A program made the translations under genes and the position numbers. The notes below the pieces were generated by a model. It worked only from the letters and a program-made list of their open reading frames with translations, was not told the DNA's origin and made no database searches. This document shows positions 1-8,611 of a stretch of 32,000 nucleotides of DNA, piece by piece. Numbering within the stretch: the stretch's first letter is position 1; each line of letters begins with the position of its first letter. Source of the DNA: Halorhodospira halophila SL1 (GTDB lineage Bacteria; Pseudomonadota; Gammaproteobacteria; Nitrococcales; Halorhodospiraceae); contig NC_008789.1 of the NCBI RefSeq assembly GCF_000015585.1, positions 1-32,000 of the forward strand, in the 5' to 3' direction.

Positions 1-34
1 ACTCTCCTGCGTTTCGGCCCCCGGCCACGCGGGG

Positions 35-664
35 TTAGAGATGGACGGCTGCGCGGCAGGCGACGAGGCAGGCCCGCCCCTGACCCGCGATGGCCGGCAG
101 TTCGTGAACGTCCAGCGCCTCGACGAGCGCCTCCGGGAGCTCCGCCAGCTCCTCTTGGATCCGCTCGCCCTTCAACGCCAGCAGGGCCCCGTCGGGGGCG
201 AGGAGCCCGCGGGTCCCCGGGATCAGTGTGGCCAACGGGGCCACGGCGCGCGCGGTGACCACAGCGAAGTCACCGTCATCCAGGGCCTCCATACGCGCCT
301 GGCGCACCTGAACGCGGTGCAGGCCCAGCTCCGTGGCGCACTGGCGAAGGAAGCGCGTTTTCTTGCCGTTGCTGTCGATCAGGGTCACCGATCGATCGGG
401 CTCAATCAGGGCCAGCACGAGCCCAGGGAAGCCGGCCCCGCTGCCCACATCGGCCAGCGCGCCGGCCGGGAGGTAACGTCGGACGACCAGACTGTCGAGC
501 AGGTGCCGGTCGATGAGCGTCTCGACGTCCCGCGCAGCAGTGAGATTGTACGCGCGATTCCAGCGCATGAGCAGGGACAGAAAGCCCTCGAGGCGCTCCA
601 GGGCCGGGGCGTCGAGTTCAATCTGGAGGTCTTCGAGCCGCGATTCCAGGTACTTACGCGGCAT
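35..664 (-). CDS. rsmG: 16S rRNA (guanine527-N7)-methyltransferase RsmG (GidB)
   Basis: The translation [17 protein letters not shown]...[12 protein letters not shown]...[14 protein letters not shown] shows the typical RsmG SAM-MTase motifs. It lies immediately downstream of mnmG and overlaps it. I prefer the ATG at 664 over the GTG at 670 used by the ORF track. The stop is TAA at 35-37. Confidence 0.9.
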   Translation of the reverse strand: MPRKYLESRLEDLQIELDAPALERLEGFLSLLMRWNRAYNLTAARDVETLIDRHLLDSLVVRRYLPAGALADVGSGAGFPGLVLALIEPDRSVTLIDSNGKKTRFLRQCATELGLHRVQVRQARMEALDDGDFAVVTARAVAPLATLIPGTRGLLAPDGALLALKGERIQEELAELPEALVEALDVHELPAIAGQGRACLVACRAAVHL

Positions 665-2555
665 CTTCACCTCCGGTCGGCGTGCGCAGCCAGCCGCGGC
701 GGCGTAGATGAATCAGCAGCAGCGAGATCGCGGCCGGGGTGACTCCGGGCAGGCGGGCCGCCTGCCCCACCGTTGCCGGGCGCATCCGGGTCAGCCGCTC
801 ACGGACCTCGGTGGACAGGCCGTCGATGGCGGCATAGTCAAGCGCTTCGGGGAGGCGGACCTGCGCGTACCGCTGGTGGCGCTGGTTCTCCAACTCCTGG
901 CGTTCCACATACCCGTCGTAGCGGGCCTCGATCTCCAGTTGCTGGACCGCGCGAACCGGGAGGTCGGCCTCCTCCAGGCCACCGATGAAGCGCACGTCAT
1001 CGTAGGAAAGTTCAGGACGGCGCAGCAGGTCGAACAGCGTCTGGTCTCGGCGCAGCGCGCCACCGAGACGGGCCTGCTGGGAGGCCGTCAGCCGGCCCGG
1101 GTGTACCCGCGTGCCGTTAAGACGCGCCCGCTCGGCGTTGAGGGCGTCGCGGTAACGGGCAAAACGCGTCCATTGATCGTCCCCGACCGAGCCCAGGCGG
1201 CGGCCGACCTCGGTCAGGCGGTCCTCGGCGTTGTCGTCGCGTAGGCGCAGCCGATGCTCAGCGCGGCTGGTGAACATGCGGTAGGGCTCGGTGACGCCTG
1301 TGGTGACCAGATCGTCAATCAAGACACCGATGTAGGCCTCCTCGCGGGTGGGGAACCAGGGATCCTCCCCCGCCGACACACGCGCCGCGTTGAGCCCGGC
1401 GATCAGACCCTGGGCGGCGGCCTCCTCATAGCCCGTGGTGCCGTTGATCTGGCCAGCCAGGTAGAGGCCAGCGATGGTGGCGCTCTCGAGCCACGGGGTG
1501 AGTCCCCGGGGATCGAGGTAGTCGTACTCGATCGCGTAGCCGGGACGCGTGATCCGGGCCGCCTCCAGGCCCGGCATACTGCGAATCAGGGCTTCCTGCA
1601 CGGTGAACGGCAAGCCGGTGGAGACTCCGTTGGGATAGAGCTCAGTGGCGTCGAGCCCCTCGGGCTCGAGGAAGACCTGGTGGTGGTCGCGGTCGGCGAA
1701 CCGGACGACCTTGTCCTCGATCGACGGGCAGTACCGGGGGCCCGACGACTGGATCGCGCCGCTGTACATCGGGGAGTGGTCCAGGGCATCGCGGATGATG
1801 CGGTGGGTCTCCGGCGTCGTCCAGCTGATCAGGCAGGCGGCCTCCGGCAGCGGCGCCTCCGGCGGGCGGAAGGGCGAGAAGAGCGGACGCGGGGTGTCGC
1901 CGTGCTGGGCATCGAGCTGCTCGACGGCCACTGTTCGCCGGTCGATGCGCGGCGGGGTGCCCGTCTTGAGACGGTGAACCGCAAGCCCAAGGTCGCGCAG
2001 CGATGCCGACAGGCGATCCGCCGCCGGGTCCCCGGCGCGGCCAGCGCTGTGCTGGACATGCCCGATGTGGATCTGGCCGGCGAGGAAGGTGCCAGCGGTC
2101 ACCACCACCGCATCGGCGTGAAGGGTCGCGCCGCTTTCTGTCCGTACGCCATAACAGCGCTGATCAGCGACCAGCAGCTCCTCGGCGGCGTCCTGGAGCA
2201 GGGCAAGGCCGGGCAAGGCGTCGAGTGCCCGGCGCGCGGCCCGGGCGTAGGTAGGGCGGTCGGCCTGGATGCGGGTGGCACGCACCGCCGGCCCCTTGCG
2301 CTGATTGAGGACCCGGGCGTGGATGGCGGATGCGTCCGCGAGCCGCCCCATCACCCCGCCTAGCGCGTCGATCTCGCGGACCAGGTGCCCCTTGCCAATG
2401 CCGCCGATCGCCGGATTGCAGGAGAGCGCGCCAATGGTCTCGAGGTTGTGCGTGATCAGGAGGGTCGAACGGCCCAGTCGGGCGGCGGCAGCCGCGGCCT
2501 CCGTGCCGGCATGCCCGCCGCCAATGACGATGACATCGAAGCGGTTGGTGTTCAT
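654..2555 (-). CDS. mnmG: tRNA uridine-5-carboxymethylaminomethyl synthesis enzyme MnmG (GidA)
   Basis: An internal ATG at 2555 gives [28 protein letters not shown]...[23 protein letters not shown], the canonical FAD-binding N-terminus of MnmG, and a 633-aa product. The 263 codons upstream of it in the 896-aa track ORF have no MnmG homology and run antisense to fabF. Confidence 0.93.
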   Translation of the reverse strand: MNTNRFDVIVIGGGHAGTEAAAAAARLGRSTLLITHNLETIGALSCNPAIGGIGKGHLVREIDALGGVMGRLADASAIHARVLNQRKGPAVRATRIQADRPTYARAARRALDALPGLALLQDAAEELLVADQRCYGVRTESGATLHADAVVVTAGTFLAGQIHIGHVQHSAGRAGDPAADRLSASLRDLGLAVHRLKTGTPPRIDRRTVAVEQLDAQHGDTPRPLFSPFRPPEAPLPEAACLISWTTPETHRIIRDALDHSPMYSGAIQSSGPRYCPSIEDKVVRFADRDHHQVFLEPEGLDATELYPNGVSTGLPFTVQEALIRSMPGLEAARITRPGYAIEYDYLDPRGLTPWLESATIAGLYLAGQINGTTGYEEAAAQGLIAGLNAARVSAGEDPWFPTREEAYIGVLIDDLVTTGVTEPYRMFTSRAEHRLRLRDDNAEDRLTEVGRRLGSVGDDQWTRFARYRDALNAERARLNGTRVHPGRLTASQQARLGGALRRDQTLFDLLRRPELSYDDVRFIGGLEEADLPVRAVQQLEIEARYDGYVERQELENQRHQRYAQVRLPEALDYAAIDGLSTEVRERLTRMRPATVGQAARLPGVTPAAISLLLIHLRRRGWLRTPTGGEDAA

Positions 2556-2596
2556 GCGGGGATTTTGGGCCGCCGGGACGGAAGCCTCAAGGGGGA

Positions 2597-2612
2597 TGTT
2601 CCACGTGGAACC
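2597..2612. other. parS: parS-like ParB-binding centromere site, copy 1 (TGTTCCACGTGGAACC)
   Basis: It contains the perfect 14-bp palindrome GTTCCACGTGGAAC and matches the chromosomal parS consensus tGTTNCACGTGNAACa at 15/16. It lies 42 bp upstream of the mnmG start, in the mnmG-rsmG neighbourhood where chromosomal parS sites typically cluster. Confidence 0.7.
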
Positions 2613-2645
2613 AACTTGCGGGGCGAGGCGGCCGTCGACCGCCAC

Positions 2646-3773
2646 GTGGATGTTCCACGTGGAACTACGGTCCAGTTCGGCGGGACCATCGAAGGGTTCG
2701 ATGTGTCCCAGTACCTGCCGCGCAAAGAGGCGCGGCGGATGGATCCGTTCATCCACTACGCCTTTGGTGCCTGCGCCGAGGCCCTGGATGGGAGCGGCCT
2801 GGAGATCCGCGAGGACAACGCAGACCGGATCGGAGTGGCTATCGGTTCCGGCATCGGCGGGATCCAGGGGATCGAGACCGGGCACCAGGCGCTGATGGAA
2901 GGGGGGGCGCGCAAGGTATCCCCGTTCCTGGTGCCGAGCAGTGTGATCAACATGGCGCCCGGCAATCTGTCCATCCACTACGGGTTGCGGGGGCCCAACC
3001 TGTCGACGGTGACGGCCTGCGCAGCAGGGACCCACAACCTTGGGGTATCCGCCCGGATGATCGCCGCCGGTGACGCCGATGTCATGATCGCGGGTGGGGC
3101 GGAGAAGTGCATCACCCCGCTGGGCCTGGCGGCGTTCTCCTCCGCCCGGGCGCTGTCGACACGCAACGATGACCCGCAGGGCGCGAGTCGGCCCTGGGAC
3201 GTCGATCGCGACGGCTTTGTCCTCAGTGAAGGGGCCGCGGTCGTGGTGCTCGAATCCTACGCTCATGCGCGGAAGCGCGGGGCGACGATCCTCGCCGAGT
3301 TGGTCGGGTTCGGCACCAGTTCGGACGCTTACCACATCACTCAACCGGCGGAGAGCGGGGAGGGGGCGCAGCGCTGTATGGCGCGGGCCCTTGAAGACGC
3401 CGGCATGAATCCTTCAGACATCGACTATATCAACGCCCACGGGACGTCGACCCAGGTCGGCGATGTGGCCGAGGCGGCTGCGGTCAAGCGGCTGTTCGGT
3501 GCGGGCGCCGGCGACGTCGCCATGAGTTCCACCAAGTCGGCAACCGGACATCTGCTGGGTGCCGCGGGGGGTCTCGAGGCCGTATTCAGTGTTTTGGCCC
3601 TGCGTGACGGGATCATCCCGCCGACGTGCAACCTGGCCGAACCCGAAGCGGATTGTGCCGGGCTGGACCTGGTGCCGGGCGAGGCCCGGAAGCAGCCGCT
3701 GCGAGCGGTCCTCAGCAACTCTTTCGGATTCGGCGGGACGAACGCTTCCCTGATCTTCCGCAAGCCGAGCTGA
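2646..3773 (+). pseudogene. fabF: 5'-truncated beta-ketoacyl-ACP synthase II (FabF/KAS II) remnant, or an N-terminally shortened CDS
   Basis: Homology to FabF begins at [13 protein letters not shown]...[14 protein letters not shown] (about nt 2668), which corresponds to E. coli FabF residue ~49 (KFAGLVKDF...RKEQRKMDAFIQYG). The catalytic Cys (VTACAAG) and both His motifs (NAHGTST, TGHLLGAAG) are intact, as is the C-terminus GFGGTNASLIFRK. Roughly 47 N-terminal residues have no room to exist, because the mnmG start is at 2555. The only in-frame starts are TTG 2613, GTG 2646, GTG ~2700 and ATG 2739. Confidence 0.75.
2651..2666. other. parS: parS-like ParB-binding centromere site, copy 2 (TGTTCCACGTGGAACT)
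   Basis: This is the second exact copy of the 18-bp unit GGATGTTCCACGTGGAAC (2648-2665). The first copy is at 2594-2611, 54 bp away start to start. An overlapping partial third core CCACGTGGA sits at 2642-2650. Confidence 0.7.
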
Positions 3774-3786
3774 GAAGTGGGGGGCT

Positions 3787-4653
3787 TTGAGCCGTAAGCA
3801 ACTGGTCAACGGCCGCGCGGATACGGCCCTCGACGCCGAGGATCGCGGCCTCGCCTATGGCGATGGACTGTTCGAGACCGTAGCGGTCAGCCGCGGTCGG
3901 CTATGCCTCTGGGACTACCACATGGATCGGCTCCTAGACGGCGCGCGCCGACTCGGGCTGCCCGAGCCGCCCTTGGCCACCCTGCGGGAAGAGGCCCGTT
4001 TCCTCACCGAGAAGGTGGAGCGGGGCGTACTGAAGGTGGTCTACACCCGCGGCAGCAGTGAGGGTCGTGGCTACCTGCCGCCTGCCAGGCCAATCCCCAC
4101 GCGAATCCTGACACTGCACAATACTCCGGCGATTCCGCCGGAGCGCTGGCAGGGGGTTGATGTCCGGCTCTGTCGGACCCGCATCAGCACGCAACCCCGG
4201 CTGGCCGGCATCAAGCATCTCAATCGCCTGGAGCAGGTGATGGCCCGATCCGAATGGCGGGATGCCGCCATCGCCGAGGGCTTGATGCTCGACGCCGACG
4301 GGCTCATCGTGGAAGGCACAGCGACCAACCTCTTCGGAATCCGCAATCGGGTGCTCATGACGCCCCCTCTCACACATTCAGGCGTGGCCGGTGTGATGCG
4401 GCGCTGGGTCCTGGAGTACGCCGAGACGCTCGGGCTGCGGGTCGAGCAGCGTGGCTTCTACCCGGGCGAGGTGTCCGAGATGGACGAGCTTTTTCTGACC
4501 AACAGCCTGATCGGCCTCTGGCCCGTCCGTTCCGTGGCGGGTACGCAGATACCGGTCGGACCGGTGAGTCAGCGCTATCTCCAGGCAATCGCCGATCATG
4601 GGCTCACCCCGTTGGTTGAGGAGCCGGCGATGCGCGGCGGGGCAGGGCGTTGA
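3787..4653 (+). CDS. pabC: aminodeoxychorismate lyase (class IV PLP aminotransferase fold)
   Basis: The translation shows RGLAYGDGLFETV...YHMDRL... and class IV aminotransferase features. It holds the conserved position between fabF and mltG. The start is TTG. Confidence 0.8.
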   Translation: MSRKQLVNGRADTALDAEDRGLAYGDGLFETVAVSRGRLCLWDYHMDRLLDGARRLGLPEPPLATLREEARFLTEKVERGVLKVVYTRGSSEGRGYLPPARPIPTRILTLHNTPAIPPERWQGVDVRLCRTRISTQPRLAGIKHLNRLEQVMARSEWRDAAIAEGLMLDADGLIVEGTATNLFGIRNRVLMTPPLTHSGVAGVMRRWVLEYAETLGLRVEQRGFYPGEVSEMDELFLTNSLIGLWPVRSVAGTQIPVGPVSQRYLQAIADHGLTPLVEEPAMRGGAGR

Positions 4654-5675
4654 TCGGGCGCGTACCGCGACGACGCTGGTGGGTCGTCGCCGTGGCTCTG
4701 GTGTTTGTTGTGTCGTCGGGAGTCGGCGGATGGCTGTTCTACGAGCTCGATCACCGTCCACTGGAGGTCAGCGCCCCCCCCGAGATCCTCGAGGTCCCCC
4801 GCGGAGGGTCCTTGCACGCCATCTCCCGGGGTCTCGAGTCCCGTGGCTGGATCCCCGGATCGACGCGCCTCGCGTTGCGAATCTACGGTCGCCTCAGCGA
4901 CATCTCGGGTGAGCTCAAGGCCGGCGAGTATGTCGTCGAGCAGGGTATGAGCGTGCGTCAGCTGCTGGCGCGGATCCGTGCCGGGCGGGTCAAGCTGCAC
5001 CGCCTGACCGTCGTCGAGGGTTGGACGTTCGCGCGGCTGCGCCAGGAGCTGGGCCAACACGAGGCCGTGGAGCAGACCCTGGACGGGGTGGAAGACGAGC
5101 AGATCATGGAGGAGCTGGGGCTCGAGGCGTCTCACCCCGAGGGGATGTTTTTCCCGACCACCTACCGCTTTCCGCGTGGCGCGACCGACCGTGATCTGCT
5201 CCGGGTCGCTGCTCGGCAGATGCGCCAGGAGCTGGCGCGGGTGTGGAGCGAGCGCCACCCGGAGGTGCCCCTGGACGAGCCCTACCAGGCGCTGATCCTC
5301 GCCTCGATTATTGAGCGCGAGACCGGGCGCGATGATGAGCGCCGCAAGGTGGCGGGGGTGTTCACCCGGCGCCTGGAGCAGGGTATGCGCCTGCAGACGG
5401 ATCCCACCGTGATCTACGGTCTGGGCGATGACTACGACGGCCGCCTGCGCCGGGCTGACCTGCGACGCGATACGCCCTACAACACGTATACGCGCCACGG
5501 TTTGCCGCCGACCCCGATCGCCCTTCCCGGGCGGGCGTCGTTGGAGGCCGCCGTGGACCCGAAACCGGGTAGTGCGCTGTACTTTGTGTCACGCGGGGAT
5601 GGCAGCCACCACTTCTCGGATACGCTGGACGAGCATAATCAGGCGGTGCGACGCTACATCCTGGAGGAGAAGTGA
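4650..5675 (+). CDS. mltG: endolytic murein transglycosylase MltG (YceG family)
   Basis: It has an N-terminal TM helix (WWVVAVALVFVVSSGVGGW) and the YceG motifs LKAGEY, LASIIERET and YNTYTRHGLPPTPIALPG. The TTG start overlaps the pabC stop (TTGA). Confidence 0.88.
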   Translation: MIGRVPRRRWWVVAVALVFVVSSGVGGWLFYELDHRPLEVSAPPEILEVPRGGSLHAISRGLESRGWIPGSTRLALRIYGRLSDISGELKAGEYVVEQGMSVRQLLARIRAGRVKLHRLTVVEGWTFARLRQELGQHEAVEQTLDGVEDEQIMEELGLEASHPEGMFFPTTYRFPRGATDRDLLRVAARQMRQELARVWSERHPEVPLDEPYQALILASIIERETGRDDERRKVAGVFTRRLEQGMRLQTDPTVIYGLGDDYDGRLRRADLRRDTPYNTYTRHGLPPTPIALPGRASLEAAVDPKPGSALYFVSRGDGSHHFSDTLDEHNQAVRRYILEEK

Positions 5676-6319
5676 CCGAGCGAGGGTGTTTCATCACGGT
5701 GGAGGGGCTGGAAGGGGCTGGTAAGACCACCTGTCTACAGGCTATCGAGCAGATGCTGCTTGAGGCCGGCATCGACCGCCCCCTGTTTACCCGGGAGCCT
5801 GGCGGAACCCCGTTCGGGGAAGCGCTGCGCGGCGCGCTCTTGGATCCGCAGTACCGCGGCCTGACGGCAGAGGCCGAGGCGTTGACCGTGTTCGCGGCCC
5901 GTGCCGAACATCTGGCGCAAGTCATCCGGCCCACGCTGGATGCCGGACGCTGGGTGATCAGTGATCGCTTCACGGATGCTACCTATGCTTATCAGGGGGG
6001 TGGCCGTGGCCTTGGCGATGAACGGATTGCTGTGCTGGAGCGCTGGGTTCACGGTGGGTTCACGCCGGACCGCACGCTCCTGCTGGACGTGGACCCCACG
6101 GTGGGGCGGTCACGGGTCGCCCACCGAGGCGACGGAGAAGACCGCTTTGAGCAGGAGCGGGATCCCTTCTTCCAAGCCGCGCGCGCCGCTTACGCCCGAC
6201 GCGCCGCAGCAGATCCCGAGCGCTTCCGCTGCATCGACGCCAACCGGCCCGAGGGCGAGGTGGCGGAACAGGTACGTGCCGGAGTGGCCGATCTCTTGCC
6301 GGTGGGTGGACGACCGTGA
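5672..6319 (+). CDS. tmk: thymidylate kinase
   Basis: The translation starts FITVEGLEGAGKTT (P-loop) and contains DRFTDATYAYQG. The GTG start overlaps the mltG stop (GTGA), with a GGAGGAG RBS at 5663-5669. Confidence 0.92.
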   Translation: MTERGCFITVEGLEGAGKTTCLQAIEQMLLEAGIDRPLFTREPGGTPFGEALRGALLDPQYRGLTAEAEALTVFAARAEHLAQVIRPTLDAGRWVISDRFTDATYAYQGGGRGLGDERIAVLERWVHGGFTPDRTLLLDVDPTVGRSRVAHRGDGEDRFEQERDPFFQAARAAYARRAAADPERFRCIDANRPEGEVAEQVRAGVADLLPVGGRP

Positions 6320-7371
6320 GCGAGGCCGCCCATCTCTCGGACTGGATCACGCCCCGGGACGGGCGGGAGCAACTCCCGCCGTGGCTGCTGCCGGAGCTGG
6401 ACCGGTTGCTCACCCTCCACGATCAGGGCCGGCTCCATCACGCGCTGTTGCTGACGGGTCGCACCGGCCTTGGCAAACGGCTCCTGGCGGGCGTCCTGGC
6501 CCGGGCGCTGCTCTGTCAGGCGGACGAGGGGGGCGGGGCGCGGCCCTGCGGTCAGTGCCGGGGTTGCCATCTGACCGGCGGGGGTTCCCACCCCGATTTG
6601 CGCACGCTGAGTCCGAGTAGCCGCGGCGAGCGCGGTGAGATCGTGGTCGACAGCGTGCGTGGGCTGGTCGATTTCCTGCATCTGAGCGCGCAACGGGGGG
6701 GGAGTCGGGTGGCGGTGATCGTTCCTTGTGATCGCCTCAACCGCGCCGCCGCCAACAGCCTGCTCAAAACCCTGGAGGAGCCACCTCCGGGCGTCTTCCT
6801 GATCTTGGCCACCGGTCGGCCCGGACGGCTGCCGCCGACCGTACGAAGCCGATGCACCGTACGTGGCCTGACGCCGCCGGCCTGGGACGCAGCGCGGCGG
6901 TGGCTGGCCGAGCGCGCGGGCGGGGCCGAGGGCCGGGTCGACAAGGCGCTCGCGCTGGCCGGCGGCATGCCGCTGACTGCCGAGCAGATCCTCCATGAGC
7001 AGGGGCTGGAGGGATACGAGTCGCTGCTCCAGCAGCTGCACCGCCTCAGCGCCGGAGGAGACCCGGTCAAGGAGGCCGAGGCCTGGGAGGGGGCGCCGGA
7101 GGCACTGGCCGACGCCGTTACAGCGATCCTGGCGGATCTACTGCGTCAACGCCACGGGGCGCCGGATCGCGGACTACTGCCGTCGCCGCTGGCACAGCAG
7201 CTGGTCCGCGAAGCCTCGGTGGAGGCGCTCCACCAGGCGTTCTTGCGTATCGGCGAGCATCGGCGCGGCCTCGAGCAGCCTCTGAATGGCCGTCTGGCCG
7301 CCGAGGCGATCTTCCTCGACCTGGCCGCCGCCTTGCGGCCCGCTCGTCAATCCGCCGCCAGACAGGCGTGA
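6316..7371 (+). CDS. holB: DNA polymerase III subunit delta-prime
   Basis: Motifs are HALLLTGRTGLGKRLLA, the zinc-module-like CGQCRGCH and the SRC motif (VRSRC). The GTG start overlaps the tmk stop. It holds the conserved position after tmk. Confidence 0.88.
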   Translation: MSEAAHLSDWITPRDGREQLPPWLLPELDRLLTLHDQGRLHHALLLTGRTGLGKRLLAGVLARALLCQADEGGGARPCGQCRGCHLTGGGSHPDLRTLSPSSRGERGEIVVDSVRGLVDFLHLSAQRGGSRVAVIVPCDRLNRAAANSLLKTLEEPPPGVFLILATGRPGRLPPTVRSRCTVRGLTPPAWDAARRWLAERAGGAEGRVDKALALAGGMPLTAEQILHEQGLEGYESLLQQLHRLSAGGDPVKEAEAWEGAPEALADAVTAILADLLRQRHGAPDRGLLPSPLAQQLVREASVEALHQAFLRIGEHRRGLEQPLNGRLAAEAIFLDLAAALRPARQSAARQA

Positions 7372-8477
7372 AGCCGCCGCCAGGCTTCCTCCAGGTCCTC
7401 GGCTGTGTTGTAAAAATGTGGCGAGAAGCGGATCCCGCCGCAGCGCGAGGCACACGCCACGTCACGGGCACGCAGCGCCGCCAGGAGACGCTCCGGATCC
7501 GCTCCCGGTACGCGGAAGGTCACGATGCCGGCGTGCCGTTGCGGCTCCGACGGTGTAACCAGCTCAAAGCCGTGGCGCTGGACTCCCTCCATGGCGTGCC
7601 GGGCGTTTTCCAGGACGCGCCGCTCGACCTCGTCCAGGCCGACCTCTTCTAGGACGGCCAAGCTGGCCTCGAGGGCGTGGGAACCGAGCAGATTGGGGCT
7701 ACCCGGCTCCAGGCAGCGACCGTTGCCGGCCGGATCCCAGCCAGGGCGGTCGAATGCGCCGAGCTCGTCGGCCATGTGCCAACCGATCTGCCAGAGCCTT
7801 AACTTGTCGCGCACCCGCGGGTGGACGTACAGACCGCCAATGCCTTCCGGACCAAGCATCCACTTGTGGCCATCGGCGACGATAAAGTCGGCATCCACCG
7901 ACAGCCTCAGCGCCCCCAGGGTCTGGATGGCATCGACGCACAGCAGGATGCCGCGTTCGCGGCAGGCGGTGCTCAGGCGCTCCAGATCCATGCGCAGCCC
8001 GGTGCCGTACTGGACGCTGCTCACCGGCAACAGTCGGGTTCGCGGTGTCAGGGCGTCGATCAGGGCGTCTTCGGGCGTGGCGCCGTCACTCAGTCGGACC
8101 TGGCGAACGTGGACACCGTAGTGCTCGGCGAGCGACTGCCAGACCCAGCGATTGGAGGGAAATTCCTGGTCGTTGATGACCACCTCATCCCCGGGGTGCC
8201 ACGTGACCCCATGCGCAACCATCGACAGGCCCGCTGAGGTGTTGGGAACCAGGGCGATGTCCTCCGCTGCGGCGTCACCGACCCCCATCAGTCGGGCGAG
8301 CCGGGCACGCAGCCGGTCTTCGGCCTCAAGCCATTGGGGGTAGTCCGCGGCGCCCCGGTGCAGGCACTCATCCGCGAACCGATGGACGGCATCCCGCGTT
8401 CGCTGCGGCCAGGTGCCGACGCCAGCGTGGTTGAGGTAGACCAGGTTTGGGTCCAACGGGAACTCTGGGTGGGCCAT
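7347..8477 (-). CDS. class V PLP-dependent aminotransferase / cysteine desulfurase-like enzyme
   Basis: The translation shows VYLNHAGVGTWP, VPNTSAGL and a PLP-lysine context ADGHKWMLGPEGIGGLYV. The specific substrate cannot be assigned from sequence alone. Confidence 0.8.
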   Translation of the reverse strand: MAHPEFPLDPNLVYLNHAGVGTWPQRTRDAVHRFADECLHRGAADYPQWLEAEDRLRARLARLMGVGDAAAEDIALVPNTSAGLSMVAHGVTWHPGDEVVINDQEFPSNRWVWQSLAEHYGVHVRQVRLSDGATPEDALIDALTPRTRLLPVSSVQYGTGLRMDLERLSTACRERGILLCVDAIQTLGALRLSVDADFIVADGHKWMLGPEGIGGLYVHPRVRDKLRLWQIGWHMADELGAFDRPGWDPAGNGRCLEPGSPNLLGSHALEASLAVLEEVGLDEVERRVLENARHAMEGVQRHGFELVTPSEPQRHAGIVTFRVPGADPERLLAALRARDVACASRCGGIRFSPHFYNTAEDLEEAWRRLHACLAAD

Positions 8478-8583
8478 CGCCGTTGCCTTTGTGGTTGCAG
8501 CGGTGAACGACCGAGTATACCGAGCCGTTGGCGGGTTGTCGGCAAGCCCGCCGGCCGCAGCCGCCGTGTCGCCGGCACGCCTG

Positions 8584-8611
8584 GGGCCGTGGAAGGTATA
8601 TTATGTTAAAT
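8584..8611 (+). other. dif: dif-like XerC/XerD recombination site (GGGCCGTGGAA GGTATA TTATGTTAAAT)
   Basis: The XerD arm TTATGTTAAAT (8601-8611) matches E. coli dif 11/11. The central hexamer GGTATA matches TGTATA 5/6. The XerC arm GGGCCGTGGAA matches GGTGCGCATAA only 6/11. It is the only strongly AT-rich island in a 234-bp intergenic region of a GC-rich window. Confidence 0.6.

Noticed and set aside
2594-2666. The two 18-bp repeats considered as a mini-CRISPR, IS terminal inverted repeats, a sequencing adaptor or linker, or a FabR-type operator (CACGTG core) for fabF
   Set aside because: There are only two copies and no cas or transposase gene. The sequence matches no adaptor I know. The 16-mer fits the parS consensus far better (15/16) than my recollection of the FabR palindrome. 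A regulatory role cannot be formally excluded.
2556-2670. oriC in the mnmG upstream region, as in the E. coli gidA-oriC arrangement
   Set aside because: Only about 110 bp are available. There is no AT-rich unwinding element and no good DnaA boxes: the TGTTCCACG part of parS matches TTATCCACA at only 6/9.
654-3344. An 896-aa minus-strand ORF suggesting a giant N-terminally extended MnmG
   Set aside because: MnmG homology begins at the internal ATG at 2555 ([17 protein letters not shown]). The extra 263 codons are low-complexity Arg/Gly/Pro-rich antisense reading of fabF, a typical open-frame artefact of GC-rich DNA.
3787-7371. 4-nt start/stop overlaps (TTGA, GTGA, GTGA) linking pabC-mltG-tmk-holB
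   Set aside because: This is real but ordinary translational coupling in a conserved operon and is not a novel feature. It is recorded in the feature evidence instead.
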